Source: Torpedo marmorata | Taxonomy: Eukaryota | Length of the DNA: 64,000 nucleotides | NCBI GenBank assembly: GCA_977017645.1 | Contig: OZ360247.1 | Coordinates: 33,480,001 to 33,544,000, forward strand | Direction of reading: 5' to 3' | Part shown: positions 62,946 to 64,000 of the stretch, piece after piece | Layout of the letters: the number at the start of each line of letters is the position of its first letter | How positions within the stretch are numbered: position 1 is the stretch's first letter | Program-made: the position numbers and the translations under genes | Notes under the pieces: generated by a model | Seen by the model: the letters and a program-made list of their open reading frames with translations, nothing else | Told to the model about the DNA's origin: nothing | Database searches by the model: none

Positions 62946-64000
62946 TTAAAAAATATTTTATTTAAAATTTTTAAATCACAAAATACATAAAATGAAATAT
63001 AAAATTATCAAAATATTTGTGATACATTTTCACCCCCCCCTCCCTCCCTCCCCTCCCCAACCCTCCCAACCCCACTAATCTAATAAAAATAAAAATATAA
63101 AATAAAAATAGAAAAGAAAGAAGAAAAAAGAAAGAAAAAGATAGAGTAAGGGGAATGCCGATCTATAAACTAATTCTATTATGGAGATCAAGCATGCCAG
63201 TAGATCCGATATCCAGAGATCTTCAAATCCTTAAACCAACAACTTTCATATATGGGCTCCAAATTTTTAAGAAAAAATGATATTTGTTACGTAAATTATA
63301 AGTAATTTTTTCAAGTGGTATACACGAACGAAGTTCTGCATGCCATCTTTCTAATCCTAAATCTAAATCAGATTTCCAAGTAATAGCAATATATTTCTTT
63401 GAAACAGCTAAAGCAATTCACAAAAATTCTATTTGATACATATTTAATTTCATCTTAATACTAAATTTTCTAATATCTCCAAACAAAAATATCATAGGAT
63501 CCATTGGAAATGTAATCTTAAATACTTTATCTAAAAAGTTTTTAACTTTCAACCAAAAATCATAAACTTTTGGACAAAACCATGTAGAATGTACAAAAGA
63601 CCCTTCCTCTTTATTACATCTAAAACATAAACCTGATAATGTCAGATTAAATTTCTTTAGTTTTTTAGGTGTTAAATATAATTGATGAAAAAAATTGTAT
63701 TGTACTAATCTATATCTAACATTAATAATCTTCGTCATACTTAATTTACATAATTCTTTCCAATGATTTTCATCTATTCTTTTTTTTTTTTATTATTATT
63801 ATTTTATTTAAATTTTTAAAATCACATAATACATAATTCAGAATCCAAAATATATAATTCCAAAATACAGTGATATAAATTTCCTCCCCCCACTCCCTCC
63901 CACCCCTCCCCAACCCCCCAGTCCCACTATACTAAAAATAAAATAGATAAAGAAAAAAAAGAGAAAAAGAGAAAGAGATTAATAATGAGGAGAGAGCCAT
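62943..64000 (-). mobile_element. Two consecutive or nested L1 3' ends, related to the 31756-34720 family
   Basis: MTKIINVRYRLVQYNFFHQLYLTP...CFRC...HSTWFC. A second T-tract plus C-rich 3' UTR starts at ~63779. Confidence 0.88.

Overview
This is eukaryotic, repeat-dense vertebrate DNA, most likely from an elasmobranch (shark or ray), judged by HE1/V-SINE-type SINEs sharing a 3' tail with CR1 LINEs. The only host gene I can support is the 3' end of SAMD14 on the + strand: three phase-0 coding exons (7704-7820, 12747-12908, 13953-14102) followed by a long AT-rich putative 3' UTR. The rest is mostly transposable elements: an intact young Ty3/Gypsy element, an RT-deleted Gypsy element, solo LTRs, L1-clade, Rex1/Babar-like and CR1 LINE pieces, Penelope-like elements, SINEs and MITEs. 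The most notable signals are: (1) the intact Gypsy has no tRNA primer-binding site; its post-LTR 12-mer is instead complementary to the LTR's own poly(A) signal; (2) a family of palindromic Penelope-derived elements carries a minimal hammerhead-ribozyme motif with a consistent U3 variant; (3) an L1 insertion has a ~637-bp target-site duplication; (4) a TSD-flanked ORF1-only L1 has ORF2 collapsed to ~33 codons; (5) a three-copy CpG-rich, YY1-initiated, highly structured non-coding retroposon has a Rex1-like tail. All calls were made by eye; no alignment, folding or database search was run.
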